64,000 bases of DNA from Nitrospinales bacterium. Lineage in GTDB: Bacteria; Nitrospinota; Nitrospinia; Nitrospinales; VA-1. The DNA lies in assembly GCA_965223345.1 (NCBI GenBank), contig CBDCWG010000012.1, positions 480,001 to 544,000 on the forward strand, written 5' to 3'. The position numbers and the translations under genes are program-made. Each line of letters begins with the position of its first letter. Position 1 is the stretch's first letter. Of this stretch, positions 54,994 through 64,000 are shown one piece after another. The notes beneath the pieces are model-generated. The model was not told where the DNA came from and ran no database searches. It saw only the letters and a list, made by a program, of their open reading frames with translations.

Positions 54994-56787
54994 TTGTCAC
55001 AAGAGGCGAAATTGCACCATCACACACACGTATTGAATCCGGTATACAGAGCTCCCATCCACCCCGGTCCCCGGCAAGCCCGCTACTCATGGCGGCTGAT
55101 GGCTTTGCTTGCCCTGATGTTATCCGGCTGCGGTCCCGGAACCTTCGGGGGAACCTGGGCGGAGATCCTGTCCCCCTCCGGTAAAGAAACCCAAGCACCG
55201 TCACAAGCCAAGACGCAGGCCCCGCGCACGGATAAGAACACGGGCCCGGAGACAATCCGCCGGGTCGCCGGGCTCTCGCTGGCGAAACTGTACGGGGCGC
55301 CCAACCGCGAACGCGGCATCCTGCCGCTCGCCCTCAGCAACGCCTACAACGGCTATTCGGTGACGTCCTGCGATCTCAACGGCGATAAGGTGGACGACGT
55401 CATCGTCGGCGCGCCGGAATCGGAGGGCATCCTTCCTGAAACCACGCGTTCGGGATGGGTGTACGTGGTGTTCGGCAACGCCTCGCTGCCTGCGAAGCTG
55501 GATCTGAAAACCCAGGCGGATGCGGGATTCTGGGGCGGCAAGGGATCGGGCGTCAACCGCCTGGGACATTCCCTGGTGTGTGCGGATTTCAACGGCGATG
55601 CGATCCCGGACCTCGCGCTGGGCGCGCCGCACGCGCGCAGCCGCCCTTTCAACCGCATGCTTTCCGGCAGCGTGTACCTTATCTTCGGGCGTCCCACGCT
55701 CAAAGGAACGCTCGATGTGTCGAAACAGGCGGATGTGGTGCTCACGGGCGCGGAAGAGGGGGACCGGGCGGGCTCGGCGCTGGCGGCGGGGGATGTGAAC
55801 GGCGACGGCATCGCCGATCTGATCGTCGGCGCTCCCGGCGGCTACGGCTACCAGAACCAGGAACCCGGAGCCGGAGAAACCTATGTGATCCTCGGGCGGC
55901 CGCGTTTTCCCAGGGGCATCGACCTGTTCAAAAACTGGAACAGCCGGATTTTCGGGATCGACGGTTCGGAGTTCACGCTTTCGTTCAACCAGAGCCCGCC
56001 GGACCAGAGCGGCTTTGCGGTGGGCTCGGGCGATGTGAACGGGGACAACCTCGACGATGTGATCATCGGCGCTCCCTTTAGCGACGGGTTTTTGAACCAG
56101 GATGCGGAGGCGGGAGAAGCGTACGTGATCTATGGCCGCAAGAAGCTCGCCAAGAACCTGCATCTGGGCCGGCACGCGGACATCACGTTTTACGGGGCGC
56201 AGGCGGGCGATCGGGCGGGCTCGGTGTTCCAGATGGGTCGTCTCGATAAAAACAGCCGCGCTCTTTTGATCGGCTCGCCGGGCGCGGTGCAAAAATCCAG
56301 CAGGAAGCTGCGCCGCGGCCTCTGGCACGCTTTCAAAAACCAGCAGGAGCACCCCAGGACCTATCATCTGAAAGATGCGGCGTACGTTTACCGCGGGCAT
56401 TCGGCCTGCGGCAAACCGGATCCCACGAAGACAAACTCCCTGTCCCACGCTCTCGGCTATTCGGCGGCGCTTCTGGATTTGAACCGCGACGGGCGCGACA
56501 ACCTGGTGGCGGGCGTCCCCTGTTCGGAGGGCGCGGATGGGAAGAAAAATTCCGGCGCCATCGTTTTTTTCCGCGACGCGTTTGACAAAAGATTCATCGC
56601 CCCCTCGGTGGTGTTTCAACCGGAAGGCGGGCGGGAGGATGAATATTTCGGCTACGCGCTGTCCCGGGGCGACGTGAACGGCAACGGCAAGATCGATCTT
56701 CTGGTCGGCGCGCCGGGGCTGAAGCGCGGCGGCAAGGGGGCGCACAGCGGCGGTGTGTACATCCTCAAAGACCTCGCCGATCCCTGA
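54994..56787 (+). CDS. FG-GAP (integrin alpha beta-propeller) repeat lipoprotein
   Basis: Repeated GDVNGDG..DLIVGAP and AG..YVI.G motifs; lipobox LSGC. True start may be ATG 55099. Confidence 0.85.
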   Translation: MSQEAKLHHHTHVLNPVYRAPIHPGPRQARYSWRLMALLALMLSGCGPGTFGGTWAEILSPSGKETQAPSQAKTQAPRTDKNTGPETIRRVAGLSLAKLYGAPNRERGILPLALSNAYNGYSVTSCDLNGDKVDDVIVGAPESEGILPETTRSGWVYVVFGNASLPAKLDLKTQADAGFWGGKGSGVNRLGHSLVCADFNGDAIPDLALGAPHARSRPFNRMLSGSVYLIFGRPTLKGTLDVSKQADVVLTGAEEGDRAGSALAAGDVNGDGIADLIVGAPGGYGYQNQEPGAGETYVILGRPRFPRGIDLFKNWNSRIFGIDGSEFTLSFNQSPPDQSGFAVGSGDVNGDNLDDVIIGAPFSDGFLNQDAEAGEAYVIYGRKKLAKNLHLGRHADITFYGAQAGDRAGSVFQMGRLDKNSRALLIGSPGAVQKSSRKLRRGLWHAFKNQQEHPRTYHLKDAAYVYRGHSACGKPDPTKTNSLSHALGYSAALLDLNRDGRDNLVAGVPCSEGADGKKNSGAIVFFRDAFDKRFIAPSVVFQPEGGREDEYFGYALSRGDVNGNGKIDLLVGAPGLKRGGKGAHSGGVYILKDLADP

Positions 56788-56809
56788 ACGTTGCCTCCAG
56801 AAAAAAGAA

Positions 56810-56836
56810 AAAGGCCCCGCGGGATGCGGGGCCTTT
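56810..56836. terminator. Terminator between convergent genes
   Basis: AAAGGCCCCGC-N5-GCGGGGCCTTT with a long T-tract on the minus strand. Confidence 0.8.
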
Positions 56837-56858
56837 GGTTCCACTCAACCGGCAAGCT

Positions 56859-58094
56859 CTAAAAACCGAAGCGCGCGTTCAGGCGAATGGATTCGGAATT
56901 TTCATCCCTGGCGTTCGCCAGGTTGCCGCCCGCATTGCTTTTGAAGTTCACATACTCCAGGTTCAGCTTCACGTTCGGCACCGGATGGTACTGCAAAGAC
57001 AGCACCCACTGGTTTTCGAACGCGGCGCTGTCGTTGGTGTCGTGCCAGTCGTAGCGCGCCAGCCCGAGCCATTTCTCGGTGAGCATGTAGGTTCCCTCGA
57101 CGGTGCCGCTGGTGGCCTGGTAGGTGTCGGCGGTGCGGCCCGGCTCGGCGAAGTTCAGAAATTCGCCGCCGAAAAACTGGTAGGCGCCGGCGACGACGTT
57201 CAGTTTATCCTGAAAAAAGGAAAACTGGATGTTGCCGCCGAGGGTGTAGGTGTTGTTGGTGTCATCGGGTGCTGCGAGGGCGGCAGCGGGCGAGAGGTTG
57301 TCGTCGGAATCGCCGATGTTGTCGCCGCGAAACAAGAACGAAACAGTGTGGTCTAAAATGTCCTGATTCAGGATCAGGTAATACATCTGCCCGAAACTGT
57401 CTTCCGCGCCGCTGCGGTTGTCGTTGCCGACCCCCAGCGCATAGCGGAATCCCCTCTCGACGAACTGGCCGTTGAGTTCCACGCCCGCATTGGTGAAGGT
57501 CACGTTGTCGTCGCGCGCACCGGAATCGGGCGCAGCGGACCCGGAAGCCATGCCCGCCGCCGAGGTCTGGATCAGGTAGGTGCTCTCGGTCAAGCGGCGC
57601 GGATTGGACAGGTAGTAGTTGTCCACGTTGAAATCGCCGAATTTGATGTTGAGCGCGCTGTCGGGCAGGATGTCGTCGAACTGGATGAGCGGCGCGTTGG
57701 CGTCGGTGAGTGCATCGATGAAGTAGGAAATGCGCGGTCCCAGCGTGCCGCCGCTGAACAGCTCGACGCCGCCGTCCACCAGCTCGGTGGTCTGGGTTTT
57801 GTCACCGGCGCTGTCGGTGCGGGTGAAAACGGCGCCGACCCGGGCGATGGCGGCCAGCGGGATGATCTTGCTCTCCCAGATGTAATCGCCCACTTCGCCG
57901 GGCATGCGGTAACCGCGGTTCTTGAACTCGATGCCGGTCTTGTTCAGCTTGGGAAACTGAACGTGGCAGGTGCGGCAGTTGACGCCGTATTTACGGGCGA
58001 ATGCCGGAATGGCCTCGGAATCCTGCGGGATGCCCCAGACCCCCGCCAGGATGGCCAGGGTCACCCCCCAGAGTATCCATTTTCTTTTGTTCAT
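56859..58094 (-). CDS. Cyc2-like monoheme cytochrome c - outer membrane beta-barrel fusion
   Basis: Signal peptide, then AIPAFARKY-GVN-CRTCH-VQF-PKL...G..FK.RGY, amphipathic beta strands and a C-terminal RFGF BAM signal. Confidence 0.85.
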   Translation of the reverse strand: MNKRKWILWGVTLAILAGVWGIPQDSEAIPAFARKYGVNCRTCHVQFPKLNKTGIEFKNRGYRMPGEVGDYIWESKIIPLAAIARVGAVFTRTDSAGDKTQTTELVDGGVELFSGGTLGPRISYFIDALTDANAPLIQFDDILPDSALNIKFGDFNVDNYYLSNPRRLTESTYLIQTSAAGMASGSAAPDSGARDDNVTFTNAGVELNGQFVERGFRYALGVGNDNRSGAEDSFGQMYYLILNQDILDHTVSFLFRGDNIGDSDDNLSPAAALAAPDDTNNTYTLGGNIQFSFFQDKLNVVAGAYQFFGGEFLNFAEPGRTADTYQATSGTVEGTYMLTEKWLGLARYDWHDTNDSAAFENQWVLSLQYHPVPNVKLNLEYVNFKSNAGGNLANARDENSESIRLNARFGF

Positions 58095-58164
58095 TGCCTT
58101 CCCCTTTCCTTTCATTGCTTCCGGTTGTTCAAAGATTTCCGCCTCTTTGCAGTTTTATGAAAAT

Positions 58165-58183
58165 GAAAATGATAATCATAATA
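58165..58183. promoter_or_regulatory. Fur box
   Basis: GAAAATGATAATCATAATA matches GATAATGATAATCATTATC at 16/19 positions, with further ATGAAA hexamers adjacent; ~70 nt upstream of the Cyc2-like gene. Confidence 0.75.
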
Positions 58184-58603
58184 GGAGTAAAAACAAGGGA
58201 AAAATCGCTCACGGGAGCACTTCCGACACACGAAACGACTTATAATATTGTTATTTAATGGGTTTTTAGCATTGCGCGGCCGGGGTCAGGGCAGACTCTC
58301 CCCCTCCCCCATATTCTCAAAATAACCGGTCTTGCGGCCGGTGGTTTTTTATGAACCGTGAGGAAGATTCCGCCCAACCCTGTGCGGGACAGTACATGGA
58401 GGGGCAACGCCTGAAAAAGGCGGTGGGTGTCCCTACGTTCCACATAAACGTTTTCCTCGCAACAGAATCGGGTAAAATTGTTGCCGGTCCTTTCCGTGCC
58501 CGTATTCCGGGTTGAGTGTTGGCCACTTTTTGAGAAATGGTGTTTCCAAAGCCATGCAGCCGCTTTTTTGTTTTTCCCCGCACATTCAACCTCAAGGATG
58601 AAA

Positions 58604-59425
58604 ATGTCGAAGAGTCCATTGCCGGTGCCTGTCGAGCAGCAGTCCTGGCCGCTGCCGCAACGAGATACCTGGTCCACGCCGTTTGCGGAGGTTCTGATGG
58701 AGCGGCTGGAGCTGTTCTCCGGCGCTTCGGTGCTGGACATCGCCTCCGGCAGCGGCATTCCCGCGTTCCACATCGCCGAGCAGGTGGGCCCGCAGGGCCA
58801 GGTTCTGGCTGTGGACCTGCATCCGGCGCAGATCGCGCGGGCCCGGTCCATCCAGGGAACGCGGCTGCCCTGGCTGCGGTTCGAGCTGGGGGACATGCGC
58901 GCGCTGCCGCCGAACCTCGGCCGTTTCGACCGCATCACCGGCAACATCGCCTTCATGTTTTTCCGCCCCGACCGGCCGGCGGCGCTGGCGAACCTGGTGC
59001 GTTTGCTGAAACCGGGAGGCCAGATGGTGCTCACCTTCCCCTCGCTGGGGACGTTCGATTCCATCTGGCAGCGGGTCGATCGGGAAATGCAGGCGCACGG
59101 ATTGGTAAAGGAACGGGAAGCGTTGCAGGAATACATCGACGAGCGCCCCTCGGCGGCGGATGCGAAACGCTGGTGTGAAGAACTCGGCATGCAAAACGTG
59201 GAAACGGTAGAACGACCGCTGGAAATCGAGTCCGGCCCCGGCGAGGAATTTCTGTTTCACCCTTTGCTGCGCGGCGGCTTTCTCGAAGATGCGTACGAAT
59301 GCTTTGAGGATCCCCGGCTAGCCGACACGGTGATGAACGCGGTGGCTGAAGATCTCGAAAGCTTCAAGCCGCTTCTGGCGCTGCGCTGCGCGCTTTCGGC
59401 CTGGCAGCCGGATTCCGCGTCGTGA
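58604..59425 (+). CDS. Class I SAM-dependent methyltransferase
   Basis: VLDIASGSG, VLAVD and LLKPGG motifs. Confidence 0.85.
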   Translation: MSKSPLPVPVEQQSWPLPQRDTWSTPFAEVLMERLELFSGASVLDIASGSGIPAFHIAEQVGPQGQVLAVDLHPAQIARARSIQGTRLPWLRFELGDMRALPPNLGRFDRITGNIAFMFFRPDRPAALANLVRLLKPGGQMVLTFPSLGTFDSIWQRVDREMQAHGLVKEREALQEYIDERPSAADAKRWCEELGMQNVETVERPLEIESGPGEEFLFHPLLRGGFLEDAYECFEDPRLADTVMNAVAEDLESFKPLLALRCALSAWQPDSAS

Positions 59426-59486
59426 GCGGCGCTGCGAACGTTCGCACCGGCTTGTCCGCCCTCCACACACTCTTTAACAGGCAACG

Positions 59487-60197
59487 ATGACGGCCCTTTC
59501 CCCGAAAGCCGATTGCCGGTTGTGCGGCACCGCTTCGCCGCTGTTTTTCGCCGACCGCCGCCGGTTTTTCAAATGCCCGGAATGCGCGTTGATCTTCACT
59601 CTGGAGACGGCGGAAAAAAGCGCGGAAGAGGCGCATTACAAAAAGCAGTGGGCGGAGACCGATCCGGGATTCTGGAAGGGGCAGGTGGATGTGCTGTTGC
59701 GGCTCATCGAGCGGTACCGCGCGCCGCGGCACCTTCTGGATTTCGGTTCCGGGTCCGGCGCCATGACGGAGGAATTTCAGCGGCGCGGACTCAAGGTGAC
59801 GCCTCTGGAACCGATGATCCACGGATATTTGAAGGATCAGAATTTTTCCTGTACCTTCGACGTGGTGGTGGCGGTGGAGGTGATCGAACACCTTCCGGGT
59901 CTCTGGCAGGAGTTGAAACAGATCGAACGCGTGCTCGATCAGGATGGCATCGTGGTGTTCAGCACGCTGTTGACCAATTCCTTCATCGACGCGGCCGACG
60001 CCCAACAGCAGTTTGCCGAATGGTGGTACAAGGACGATCCCACACATGTGAGTTTTTTCTGCAACCGGGCGTTGGGCAAATTGGCCGATCTGGGCCCCTA
60101 CGACATCGACATCTTCGGAAACAATGTTTTCGTTTTGAAACGCGCACAACACACGGACGAAACCACTTTTTATCCCTCACCCCCAGGAATGTTTTGA
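59487..60197 (+). CDS. Class I SAM-dependent methyltransferase with N-terminal Zn-ribbon
   Basis: CRLC...CPEC, LLDFGSGSG, EVIEH and WWYKDDPTHVSFF motifs. Confidence 0.85.
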   Translation: MTALSPKADCRLCGTASPLFFADRRRFFKCPECALIFTLETAEKSAEEAHYKKQWAETDPGFWKGQVDVLLRLIERYRAPRHLLDFGSGSGAMTEEFQRRGLKVTPLEPMIHGYLKDQNFSCTFDVVVAVEVIEHLPGLWQELKQIERVLDQDGIVVFSTLLTNSFIDAADAQQQFAEWWYKDDPTHVSFFCNRALGKLADLGPYDIDIFGNNVFVLKRAQHTDETTFYPSPPGMF

Positions 60198-60201
60198 GCT
60201 C

Positions 60202-61206
60202 ATGAGAATTATCGAAGTGTTAGCCGACGACAGTTATTTGAGCGCCGTGCACGAGGTGGCGAAAAAAAACGAGGCCGCCGATTACTGGGTGGGCCCCAGG
60301 GGGGAGGACGCGCGCCGGGTGGTGCGTTTTCTGGTGAAACCGGATTTCAGGCAGGAAACCCTCGATTCTCTGCAAGCCATCCTGGGCCACAGCGATTCGG
60401 CGCGCATCAATGTGATTCCCGTTGAAGTGACGCTGCCGCGTGAAGAAAAAGAAGAAAAAGCCGACACGGAAAGGAAAGACAAAAAGGATTCCGTCGCCGC
60501 GACGCGGGAGGAAATGTACAACAGCGTCGAAAAAAGCGCCCGCCTGGACGATACGTTTCTGCTGCTGGTTTTCTTCTCGACGGTGGTCGTCGCCATCGGT
60601 CTGTTGGAAGACAACGTGGCGGTGGTGATCGGCGCGATGGTGATCGCGCCGCTTCTGGGCCCCAACATCGCACTCGCACTGGGGACGGCGCTGGGCGACA
60701 CCGCCCTGATGTGGAAAGCCTTCAAAACCACGCTGGCCGGGGTGATGCTGGCGCTGGGCCTGACGTTTTTCATCGGCATGGTCTGGCCCTTGAATGTGGA
60801 AAGCGAGGAATTGCTGGCGCGCACCCGGGTCGGCCTGGATTCCGCCGCGCTGGCGTTCGCTTCCGGCGCTGCCGGCGTGCTGGCGCTCACCACCGGGCTT
60901 CCCAGCGTGCTGGTGGGCGTGATGGTGGCGGTGGCGCTGTTGCCGCCGACCGCCACGCTGGGCCTGTTTCTGGGCGCGGGCGATTTCGATCTCGCCTACC
61001 GCGCGGGACTGCTTTTGGCCATCAACATCGTGTCCGTGAACCTGGCCGCCAAGATCACCTTCATGGTCAAGGGCGTGAAACCGAGAACCTGGCTGGAGAA
61101 ACAGAAAGCGCGCCAGTCCATGTCCCTTTATATCCTGTTCTGGCTGATCTCTTTGGCCGTGCTGCTGGGCGCGATCTATTTTCTGCGGGAAATCCCCGGC
61201 ACCTGA
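60202..61206 (+). CDS. TIGR00341 / DUF389 membrane protein
   Basis: AVVIGAMVIAPLLGP and VGVMVAVALLPP motifs; multiple TM helices. Confidence 0.88.
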   Translation: MRIIEVLADDSYLSAVHEVAKKNEAADYWVGPRGEDARRVVRFLVKPDFRQETLDSLQAILGHSDSARINVIPVEVTLPREEKEEKADTERKDKKDSVAATREEMYNSVEKSARLDDTFLLLVFFSTVVVAIGLLEDNVAVVIGAMVIAPLLGPNIALALGTALGDTALMWKAFKTTLAGVMLALGLTFFIGMVWPLNVESEELLARTRVGLDSAALAFASGAAGVLALTTGLPSVLVGVMVAVALLPPTATLGLFLGAGDFDLAYRAGLLLAINIVSVNLAAKITFMVKGVKPRTWLEKQKARQSMSLYILFWLISLAVLLGAIYFLREIPGT

Positions 61207-61565
61207 CGGGTTCGCGCTTCCGAAACGCGGACCTGCCCACTGCAATGCCTTTACCCGCTCCACCGCCCTTCCACTTTTGCAAATCACAGGAAAAACCGTG
61301 TCGTAAACCCTCGCCGTCGAACGGACGCTTTCGGGATAGCGATTTTTAAGAAACAAATTTGTTCGAATCTGCGAACTTTCCGGTTTTTTGTGTGGGCCGG
61401 GTCCCGGCGCAGCCTGTTCTGGCGCGGCTTTTCGGGCATCGGATATCGAAAACGGTGTTTGATTTTTGCGCAATGTTTCGATAACTTAAACAAAAAACCA
61501 TGCAAGTAACAGGGAATTTTCAAAAACCCTTGCACTTATAAACAATTCAATCGAGGGGGCGTATC

Positions 61566-61994
61566 ATGCAGGCAGCCCGGAAAACGGTAACGGAGATCCA
61601 TTCCGTTTTGGACAGGTTTCGTGTTGGATATGGCAAAAAAGACATTCGCATTCTACTGAACCTGTTCGCACCGGACCCTGATGTGACCATCATCGGTACG
61701 GGGGAAGACGAAAAACGCACCGGTCTCGACGAAATCAAGCGGCAGTTCGAGCGGGATTTTTTCCAGTCCGAAGAATTGAACGTGCGTTTCGAAAATATAT
61801 CGGTCTCGCAGCTGGGCTCGGTTTGCTGGGTTGCGGGAGACACGCATGTGGAGTACACCCTGCAGGGGCAGGCCATGCAGGCTTACGTGCGCTTCACGGC
61901 GGTGCTGGAAAACCGCAACGGCAAATGGCTGTTCGTGCAGACGCACTTTTCCGTGCCGTTCGCGGAGCAGGTGGAAAACAGCTCGCTTTCCTGA
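61566..61994 (+). CDS. SnoaL / NTF2-like protein
   Basis: IIGTGEDE and RFTAVLENRNGKWLFVQTHFSVP motifs. Confidence 0.82.
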   Translation: MQAARKTVTEIHSVLDRFRVGYGKKDIRILLNLFAPDPDVTIIGTGEDEKRTGLDEIKRQFERDFFQSEELNVRFENISVSQLGSVCWVAGDTHVEYTLQGQAMQAYVRFTAVLENRNGKWLFVQTHFSVPFAEQVENSSLS

Positions 61995-62186
61995 AGCGCC
62001 CTTTCAGGCGCTTTTTAAAATACAGGCTGCGGTCGCCGTTCCGAGCGAATGCGATGTGGGGCGTCGCAACACGGGAGCGGCGCCGGCCACGGGTTTCGCC
62101 TGCGATAGGCGCGCGTCGCCGTTCTGTGCGTTCGGAATGCGCCCGGGCGCGCTCGTGTGAGGAACCGGATCGCCAAAATCGGGCAG

Positions 62187-62222
62187 AAAAAAAGCCCCGC
62201 TTTGTGAAAAGCGGGGCTTTTC
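62187..62222. terminator. Bidirectional Rho-independent terminator
   Basis: AAAAGCCCCGCTTT-N5-AAAGCGGGGCTTTT, with a T7 tract on the minus strand. Confidence 0.85.
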
Positions 62223-62365
62223 TGTAAAAAGGAGCTTCCAGGCGCAACTAGCAGTTGTCTCCGGAAGCTCCCCTTATACTCTGACTAGACAAGGGATCAC
62301 CTCCTTTCATCCAGGGGGTGAACCACCGCCGCAAAGCCTCCCCTGGCGACCTTGCGCGGCTCAAC
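62187..62365 (-). ncRNA. Candidate structured small RNA or micro-ORF transcript with an extended 16S-complementary sequence
   Basis: Promoter at 62372-62400, stem CCAGGGG/CCCCTGG, GAAAGGAGGTGATCC, TTG micro-ORF 62292-62248, hairpin GGAGCTTCC/GGAAGCTCC plus T5, then the terminator. Confidence 0.45.
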
Positions 62366-62371
62366 GTTAAT

Positions 62372-62400
62372 ACATTGACCTAATTTCTTCAAAATGTCAA
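62372..62400 (-). promoter_or_regulatory. Sigma70-like promoter
   Basis: TTGACA-N17-CAATGT on the minus strand (perfect -35, weak -10), pointing into the 62.2-62.36 kb element. Confidence 0.45.
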
Positions 62401-62425
62401 CCACCCCAAACGGGCGTATTGCGGT

Positions 62426-63241
62426 CTATTTTCCCAACAAGCCGCTCACCGCCGAGCCGATTTCGCCGGCTCCCTTCTCCAGCGCTTTCTGGGCTTCGCC
62501 GGCGTTTTTGCCGAGTACCTCCTTCGCTGCGTCCCCGGCGGCGCCGGACACCTGCTCGATGGCCTTGTCTACACCCAATGTCTTCACGGCGTTGCCGGTG
62601 ATGTCGCCGATGGCGTCGAGGATCTTCTTCACCACTTCCTCGGGCGACGCGCCGCCCTTGTCCTTGCCGATGTCCTTCAAGTGAACGGTGGGCAGACCGA
62701 CACTCATTTTTTTCCCGCCCAGGCCGACCGCGCTGACGCTGACTTTTCCTTCACGGATGTACAGGTTTTCGATGATGAGCTTTTTGCCGCCCCCTCCCGT
62801 ATCTTTGGAATCCGCGCCGCCTTTTTGCGGCGAGCCGGAGCTCTCGCCTCCGGTGATGTTGCGCTTGAGCGCGTCGAGATTGCTGCCCTGCGCCCCCCTC
62901 TCGTAGGTGACCTGCGGCGCGAGCAGATTGACCTCTTTGATAACCACGGTGTTGCCGGCGATCGTTCCCATGTCGATGTGGACGTCCACTTTATCCAGCT
63001 CGAGTGCGGATTCGGTCTCGAAGCCATCGGGATTGCTCACGCGCAATCCACTCAGGCTGCCCTTTCCGGAACTGGCTGAGATATCGGTCTGATTCAACCG
63101 GACATCGGCTTTGAGAATTTCGGTCCCGTATTTTTCCACCGCCATGGTGACCAGCGTGTCGAGTGAAATGAAAAGGAAAAACACCACGATGCAGGTGAGG
63201 GCGACCACCATGGCCACGGTTATCAAAACTGTCTTCTTCAT
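62426..63241 (-). CDS. Hypothetical membrane-anchored protein (AsmA/DUF748-like)
   Basis: N-terminal TM helix, LSGLRVSNPDGF, SNLDAL and HLKDIG; start placed at ATG 63241. Confidence 0.7.
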   Translation of the reverse strand: MKKTVLITVAMVVALTCIVVFFLFISLDTLVTMAVEKYGTEILKADVRLNQTDISASSGKGSLSGLRVSNPDGFETESALELDKVDVHIDMGTIAGNTVVIKEVNLLAPQVTYERGAQGSNLDALKRNITGGESSGSPQKGGADSKDTGGGGKKLIIENLYIREGKVSVSAVGLGGKKMSVGLPTVHLKDIGKDKGGASPEEVVKKILDAIGDITGNAVKTLGVDKAIEQVSGAAGDAAKEVLGKNAGEAQKALEKGAGEIGSAVSGLLGK

Positions 63242-63497
63242 ATTCCATCCTGATTGGTTTGAGTTTATGTCTCTGCTTGCATCATATTCCAAAACGAAAC
63301 AATTAAGAAGCCTTTTGTCATAGCGGATATCGACAATTCACAGCGTTTTCCTGCTGCACCAATGAGGCGCAAAAGGGATTTTCGTTCTGATTTCGCGCCA
63401 TCCGGCCATCGGGCCGGAATTCACTTTAATCGCCCCGGCAACGCCGCATTCGTGGTACAACGCTTTCTTACAATCCATCTCACAAGGAAGGGCCGTC

Positions 63498-64000
63498 ATG
63501 ATTTTTTTACATATAAGGAAAGCCGCGATCCGGCTTGCGACGCTGTTGCTCCTGCTGCTGTTTTGTTCCGTTTCCACACACGCGGACGCAGCGGCAAAAC
63601 CGGACAAAACCGCCCTCGTCAAAAAACTGCTCGCGGTGTCGGGCATCGAAGATCAGCTCGCTTATATGAAAGACGGCGTGTTGGGCTCCTTCGCGCAAAT
63701 GATCACCGCTTCTTACCCCAAGGTGCCCAAAGCGTTCTGGAAAGACTTCAACAACCTGATGGGCGAACAGGAGATGGACGCGCTCATCGATGCGGTGGTG
63801 CCGGTGTACGCAAAGCGCATGAGTACGGAAACGATCGAAAAACTGGTGGCGATGTTCGAGACGCCGTTCTGGCAGGAATGGAAAGAGCAGATGCCGGCGA
63901 TCAGCCGCGAGGCCGGGCAGATCGGCCAGAAGTGGGCGATGGGGTTCACGCAGTCGAAAGAGTTTCAGAAGCGGATCGGCGCGCTGGTTGCCAAACACAA
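63498..64000 (+). CDS. DUF2059-like exported protein (runs off the window end)
   Basis: Not in the ORF track. My translation gives a signal peptide, then VKKLLAVSG...VPKAFW...VVPVYAKRMSTETIEKLVAMFETPFWQ...QMPAI...IGQKW. Confidence 0.75.
   Translation, partial: MIFLHIRKAAIRLATLLLLLLFCSVSTHADAAAKPDKTALVKKLLAVSGIEDQLAYMKDGVLGSFAQMITASYPKVPKAFWKDFNNLMGEQEMDALIDAVVPVYAKRMSTETIEKLVAMFETPFWQEWKEQMPAISREAGQIGQKWAMGFTQSKEFQKRIGALVAKH

Noticed and set aside
62294..62308. 16S rRNA gene end (GGATCACCTCCTTTC)
   Set aside because: Only 15 nt match and the upstream sequence is not rRNA; reported instead as an anti-SD-complementary element.
62311..62360. c-di-GMP-I riboswitch (CGCAAAGCCTCC resembles its P2/P3 junction)
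   Set aside because: No GGCAAA-GNRA P2 stem or tetraloop receptor, and no downstream gene on that strand.

Overview
A 64 kb, mostly GC-rich chromosomal window from a Gram-negative (LPS-making) bacterium. Protein style suggests a Nitrospinota or deltaproteobacterium-like organism, which is an inference and not proven here. Housekeeping content: glnB-glnA with a sigma54-like promoter, a clpC-bamA-skp-fabZ-lpxA-gnnA-like-lpxI-lpxB-DUF374 envelope operon, metH, uvrC (frameshifted, probably by sequencing error), purM and a glutamate dehydrogenase. Accessory content: three sensor kinases, a REC/GGDEF/HD-GYP c-di-GMP cluster, TPR proteins, methyltransferases and AT-rich orphans including an FRG-domain gene. 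No rRNA, tRNA, CRISPR array, transposase or integrase was seen. The three strongest candidates for novel biology are: (1) a Cyc2-like cytochrome c-porin fusion under a 16/19 Fur box; (2) a cysteine dioxygenase-SAM methyltransferase fusion; (3) a small transcription unit (~62.19-62.40 kb) carrying a perfect 15-nt complement of the 16S rRNA 3' end, a 14-codon micro-ORF and tandem hairpins. All family assignments are from motif recognition by eye; no database searches were run.
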